From Marsupella aquatica (Eukaryota > Plantae > Marchantiophyta), in NCBI GenBank assembly GCA_973895155.1, contig OZ316893.1, forward strand, positions 17,304,770 to 17,368,769: a DNA stretch of 64,000 bases. Direction: 5' to 3'. The notes beneath the pieces are model-generated. The model worked only from the letters and a program-made list of their open reading frames with translations. It was not told the origin of the DNA and did no database searches. Shown here one piece after another: positions 59,191 to 64,000 of the stretch (the first letter of the stretch is position 1; the number at the start of each line of letters is the position of its first letter). The position numbers were made by a program, and so were the translations under genes.

Positions 59191-60078
59191 AATGATGTGA
59201 AACCCAGGTAAAATTACAAGTTTCGGAAATGAACCAACCTCTGGGCTGGAGTTCTACTTTCAAAGTTGTTGGCTGTCCACAATGGTTCAGTTATAACATT
59301 GAACATTAAAATGCTATGCTTACGAATATTGTCTATTCGATTGTTATCATCTTGTATGTACCTGTAGATAGTCCAAAGATCGACCTTGTCATTGAGTGTC
59401 ACGACCATCACGTCAAATTGCAACTCTCGAGGACATCCTGGAAGTTGTGGTAGGGATTTCCAATAAATCCGGCGGACTAGAACTGACAACACTACAAGAA
59501 CTGAATGGATATCATCGCATAAGCTGGTTGTATGATCTGAGGTCTTATCATTAGGAGAAAGTGAGCTTTCCTTGCTGTCAATTGATATCACACTTGATCG
59601 TCACTGTTTGCATTGTCGCCATGGTCTGCTTCTCCCACTTACGAGTATATGGCCGTATAGTCTCAACTTGACCACAGCTACTAAAATGCTCACAAATTCA
59701 AGAATGGATTACTACCGCGCTGGAGTTACCCGTCACTATGTGCACATCGATTCAATGGTGCAAAGAAGCCTTCCAAAGTTACCAAGGAGCAGCTAGTGTA
59801 AAAGATCCATAGTGGGGAGCCTTCCAAATTAGTCAAAGCTTCGATCTGGCTTCAATGGAATTAACTAAAGTACCGATGTTCTCTGTAGATCTAATGTCTA
59901 ATATTTGTTTTTTCATTCTTTCAAATGAAGCTCCAAATTGATGGAGAATACCGATTCTTTGCCTCTGAGCTAGTACTATCTGACTCTGATAGGTGATGGT
60001 GACTCTCAGTAGTGACGAATAGGTAGTCCTACTGTTCACCAGTTAGCTTTTTTTTTCAAAAATGATGTGAAATCCCAG
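59191..60078. other. ~850-bp segment bracketed by a 17/18-bp direct repeat (possible insertion)
   Basis: AATGATGTGAAACCCAG at 59191-59207 and AATGATGTGAAATCCCAG at 60061-60078. A T-run lies just inside the right copy. Two unrecognised minus-strand ORFs lie inside. Confidence 0.35.
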
Positions 60079-61964
60079 AGGTTGACAGTATCAAAGCAGA
60101 CTGTTCATTGACCATCCTCCAACACCAGCATTTGAAAGCAAGGTCTGCATCAAATACAAGCCATACTACATACTACCCCAAAATACTTTGCTAAGGGTGT
60201 ATTCACACCCAAAGTTAGGGAGAATTACCAGAAACTAGCCATCAAATGGTTTCCAACCAGATCGTTCAGACATCTATTACCTGAATGAAGTTCACTTGTC
60301 ATGTGAATTCAAGTTCAAAATTTTACAACTTTTAATGTGCATTTTCTCGAGATCTTACAACCATGAGAATTCATCCATGAGGGGCCACAACTTAAATTTT
60401 CCACACATTCTAGCTCAAAAGTCAGTTAATCATGCAGCAGACCACATTCTCCAGGGACCCACTGCCACTACCGACCAGTTTACATTTTAGGGATGACCAC
60501 ATCTAAAAAACATTCAGCTCAAATTTGAGCCCGATGGTTCAAGAACGAGCTCAATCACAAGTATACACTTATAATAGGTCTTCCTTTCTTGATTTCCAAC
60601 AAAATTTACAGAAACAAGTTTTACATGGTATAGCTACTCTTGACATCTTACTATCTCTGGAGCTTGGTGCCTGCTGCCTGGGAGCAACTGGAACACCCTA
60701 GTTCTCTAATACTGGAATTAGACATGGCCAAGAATGAATCCGCCCTACTAAGATGTAACCCCTGCTCACAAGATATGAGGTCTGCTTCGCCTTACATGGG
60801 TGGGGAATCCTAGTTATCATGTCAAAATCTTATCTCATATTTTCCAGGGCCTCTATCATCATTGCACTACTCCCTGGCATGACCTGTAAAACATGATTAC
60901 GACAATCTGATCAACCTCAGAAACAAGAGTGAAGCAATGTTACCAAGTACAAGAGCACACAAAAACTTTAACGCCCAGGGGAAAGCAAGGTCCTAGCCTA
61001 GTAAACTTGACCAGTAGAAGAAAGCAACACAAGAAAGAACTGGAGTGGACAGGAATGACGTGCAGAGTATACAGAAAATCTGTTGTCCGACACGATAAGG
61101 GAGAGAGAACATGAGAAGATGCAGAGAGAAAACTCACCACCTTGCTGATCTCATTTTCTCATTACCATTGATCTCCACAGTGTTGTCCAACACAAGCTTC
61201 ATCAACTAGTCAAAAGCCCACAGAACACTAACCACCCTTCGATTGACATTAAGTTGCACTGTAAGATGACAATCACGGAGAACAACAATTATGCTTGCAA
61301 CCAAAACCAAGCAAAAGTCAATGTCAACTTAAAAGCGTAGTCCAATGGGCAGTAAAATAAATGTTTCTATGGCAAATGGTATAGTCCAAAACAGAGAGAA
61401 GTTCAAATAGTGGGTGCCACGAACTCACTGTTCAACTTTCAGTCCATGTAACTGGAAAGGCAAAATCACCAGGACAGCTTTCTGTCCATGTACCTGGAAA
61501 GGAAAAACCACCAGGACAAGATGATGTCAGTCCAGGACGAGACAATATCTAAAGTACTAAAGAGCCCATATTCTACCAGTAATTCAGTTGCAATTAAAAT
61601 AAGTACCAAAAACTGGGCCAAATTAGTAAAAAGCATTCTAAATATCAAATACAACCCATTCAGTACAAAACAGGGAAAGTAACTTACTCTGAGTTAGTAG
61701 TATTAAGTATTTCTAAGCTGCCGCAACCAATCCTCTATTTCAGTTTAGTAACAAGAATCAATTATATAACCAAACAGAGCAAACTCCTGAAAAATCATTC
61801 GATCCTGAAAGTAAAGTAACCAATTCAATAACAAGTAATAGAAGTAGAAGTATCAATATGTACCTAACAATTATGACATCTAGTACTATCAGTAACAATT
61901 AAAGGTGTGGACGATCAAGTAATACTAGTGCTTGATTCACTAACAACTACTATTAAGTAATTGT

Positions 61965-63005
61965 ACCAGTAACAAGGGTAAGTAAAGGTCTGAACCAAAA
62001 CATACAAAGAACCAGACAGTGCTCTGTTCACTAACAAGTACTACTAAGTACTACAATAACAAGTAAAGGTCTGGCCCAAGTATGAGTCTCCAGTGCTCTT
62101 AATTTTCAGTAAGAAGTACTATCAGTAACAAGTAAATGTCTGGCCCTATTAGTAACATTGCTCTCCTCAGTAAGAAGTAATATCAAGTAAGATCAGTAAC
62201 AAGTAAAGATCTGGCCCAAGTAATACCAGAGCTATCTTCAGTAACAAGTATGTTAAGTACTATATATCAGCAACAAGTAAAGGTCTAGCCCAAGTAATAC
62301 CAGCGCTATCTTCAGTAACAAGTACTGTTAAGTACTATATATCAGCAACAAGTAAAGGTCTAGCCCAAGTAATACCAGCGCTGTCTTTACTAATAGTACT
62401 ATTAAGTACTATCACTAACAAGTAAAGGTCCAGCCCAAGTAATACCAGCGCTATGTTTACTAATAGTACTATTAAGTACTATCGGTAACAAGTAAAGGTC
62501 TGGCCCAAGTAATACCAGCGCTATGTTTACTAATAGTACTATTAAGTACTATCAGTAACTAGTAAAGGTCTGGCCCAAAGTTAATACCAGCGATAGGTTT
62601 ACTAATTATAGTACTATTAAGTACTATTAGTAACAAGTAACTTAGGTCTGGCCCAAGTAATACCAGCGCTATCTTTACTAATAGTACTATTAATTAAGTA
62701 CTATCAGTAACAAGTAAAGGTCTGGCCCAAGTAATACCAGCTGCGCTATCTTTACTAATACTACTATTAAGTCCTATCAGTAACAGGTAAAGGTCTGGCC
62801 CAAGTAATATTTACCAACACTATCTTCAGTAACAAGTACTGCTATGTACTATCAATAACAAGTAACTGGAGGTCTGGCCCAAGTAATACCAACGCTCTCA
62901 TCAGTAACAAGTACTGTAAAGTACTATCAGTAACAAATCAATGTCTGGCCCAAGTAGTACTAGTTCTTGTCAGTGACAAGTAGTCTAAGTAGTATTAAGT
63001 ACTAT
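61965..63005. repeat. ~70-bp tandem repeat (roughly 13-14 copies)
   Basis: Unit CAGTAACAAGTAAAGGTCTGGCCCAAGTAATACCAGCGCTATCTTTACTAATAGTACTATTAAGTACTAT. Exact 70-bp period at 62421/62491/62561. Contains the palindrome TAATAGTACTATTA. Confidence 0.92.
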
Positions 63006-63469
63006 CAGTACTAAGTAGGTACTATTAAGTATTATAAAAAATACCAATATTGCGTAATATATATTAAGTACGTACTACCAGTAACAAGTAAATGACCGAG
63101 TAAGTAATACAAGTCTAAACCAGTTTTATTGTACATAGTAGTCTTGGTAACAAAGTAGTCCACATGAAAAATAGTCTATATAGCATGTAGCAACATTACG
63201 TGCATTCAAACTAAGACCGGTGTGTACTCAAAACTATAAACCAAACTACCAAGTAGAGAAAGTATCCCTTAGCCAAAACTCCTGGTAGATGTTATCTTGC
63301 AACTTAGTGGCTTCCTGCACAGACAAACAAACAGTCAGCAAAATTTCATGGATTCTCGATGAGAACCCTTATCAATATACCGCAACCTGGAGAACTGAAA
63401 CCTGAAATCTGAAACCTGGAAAACTAAACACTTACATGCAACACCAAATAAATGATCTGAGAAATACAC

Positions 63470-64000
63470 CTGCGTGAAGGCAGTCTGTCTGTAAACGTAC
63501 TTGCTGGCTTCCATATCCCGTAATCCAAAACTTGTAAAATATCTAACTCAGCCTGTATTTAGGCATCTTTGCCAACTACACCAGGAACCACATTAATAGA
63601 GTCTCAAACTTGTATCAAGTTAAATCAAGTTTCTTCTTAGACTCTTTCGCGTTTGGCCTTCCTTTCCCTTTTGCACTACATATAGGTGGCGATACCACAT
63701 CAGACAAATTCATCACTACTAGCCTGCCGTTCATACTAGCAGGGCTATCGTCCACAGTTGCTCTCTCTGCTAATGAAAGGGAGTCATGACGAGTGACAAC
63801 TTTCCTTTGGGGGTCCCCAGTAATCAGATCTTGACTCTTCCTCTTTCTGCCTGGGGCTTTCTTCTCGGGAGTTCCCTCCTTTGATTGGCTATCCACCGAT
63901 GCCACCACACTCCCGTGCTCCACCTTCACTACAAGTTTTGACTGCCCTGAACTTCCAATAGACTGTTTCCTTCGCCCAGGTCGTTTTGTCAGTGGACTTC
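63470..64000 (-). pseudogene. Coding-like fragment running off the window edge, possibly the C-terminal region of a DNA transposon protein
   Basis: Basic low-complexity ORF with PGRKRK and PPICSAKGKGRP (a KGRP motif is common in MULE C-termini). Followed on its 3' side by a GT donor and the tandem array. Confidence 0.3.

Noticed and set aside
60100-61900. Short ORFs suggesting a host gene
   Set aside because: No recognisable domain or consistent exon chain could be assembled.

Overview
This window is eukaryotic, transposon-dense plant DNA with no intact host gene. The retroelement lineages and accessory-ORF style suggest a bryophyte such as a liverwort (inference). It resolves into a deep nest. 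Left (1-5788): a LINE relic with a Mutator-like MITE, a decayed FCP1/NIF HAD-phosphatase gene, and the C-terminal half of a Plavaka-type transposase; the last two are on the minus strand. Middle (5789-52777): large Gypsy-type LTRs, two of which carry long Transposase_32/PMD-like ORFs inside the LTR. Nested in them are a very young Bianca Copia, a young non-autonomous Bianca-type element, a gag-less Copia, a split non-chromovirus Gypsy gag-pol, two further solo LTRs and two L1 LINEs. The non-autonomous element has captured exon 1 of an STR-like (stunted arbuscule, ABCG) gene containing a perfect 32-bp fold-back hairpin. Right (52778-64000): an intron-containing Sola2-like transposase pseudogene, an RPS3a processed pseudogene and tandem arrays. 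The best candidates for something new are the STR-fragment/hairpin retroelement, the Plavaka + FCP1 phosphatase module, and the protein-coding LTRs. All family assignments come from motif recognition by eye, not database searches.
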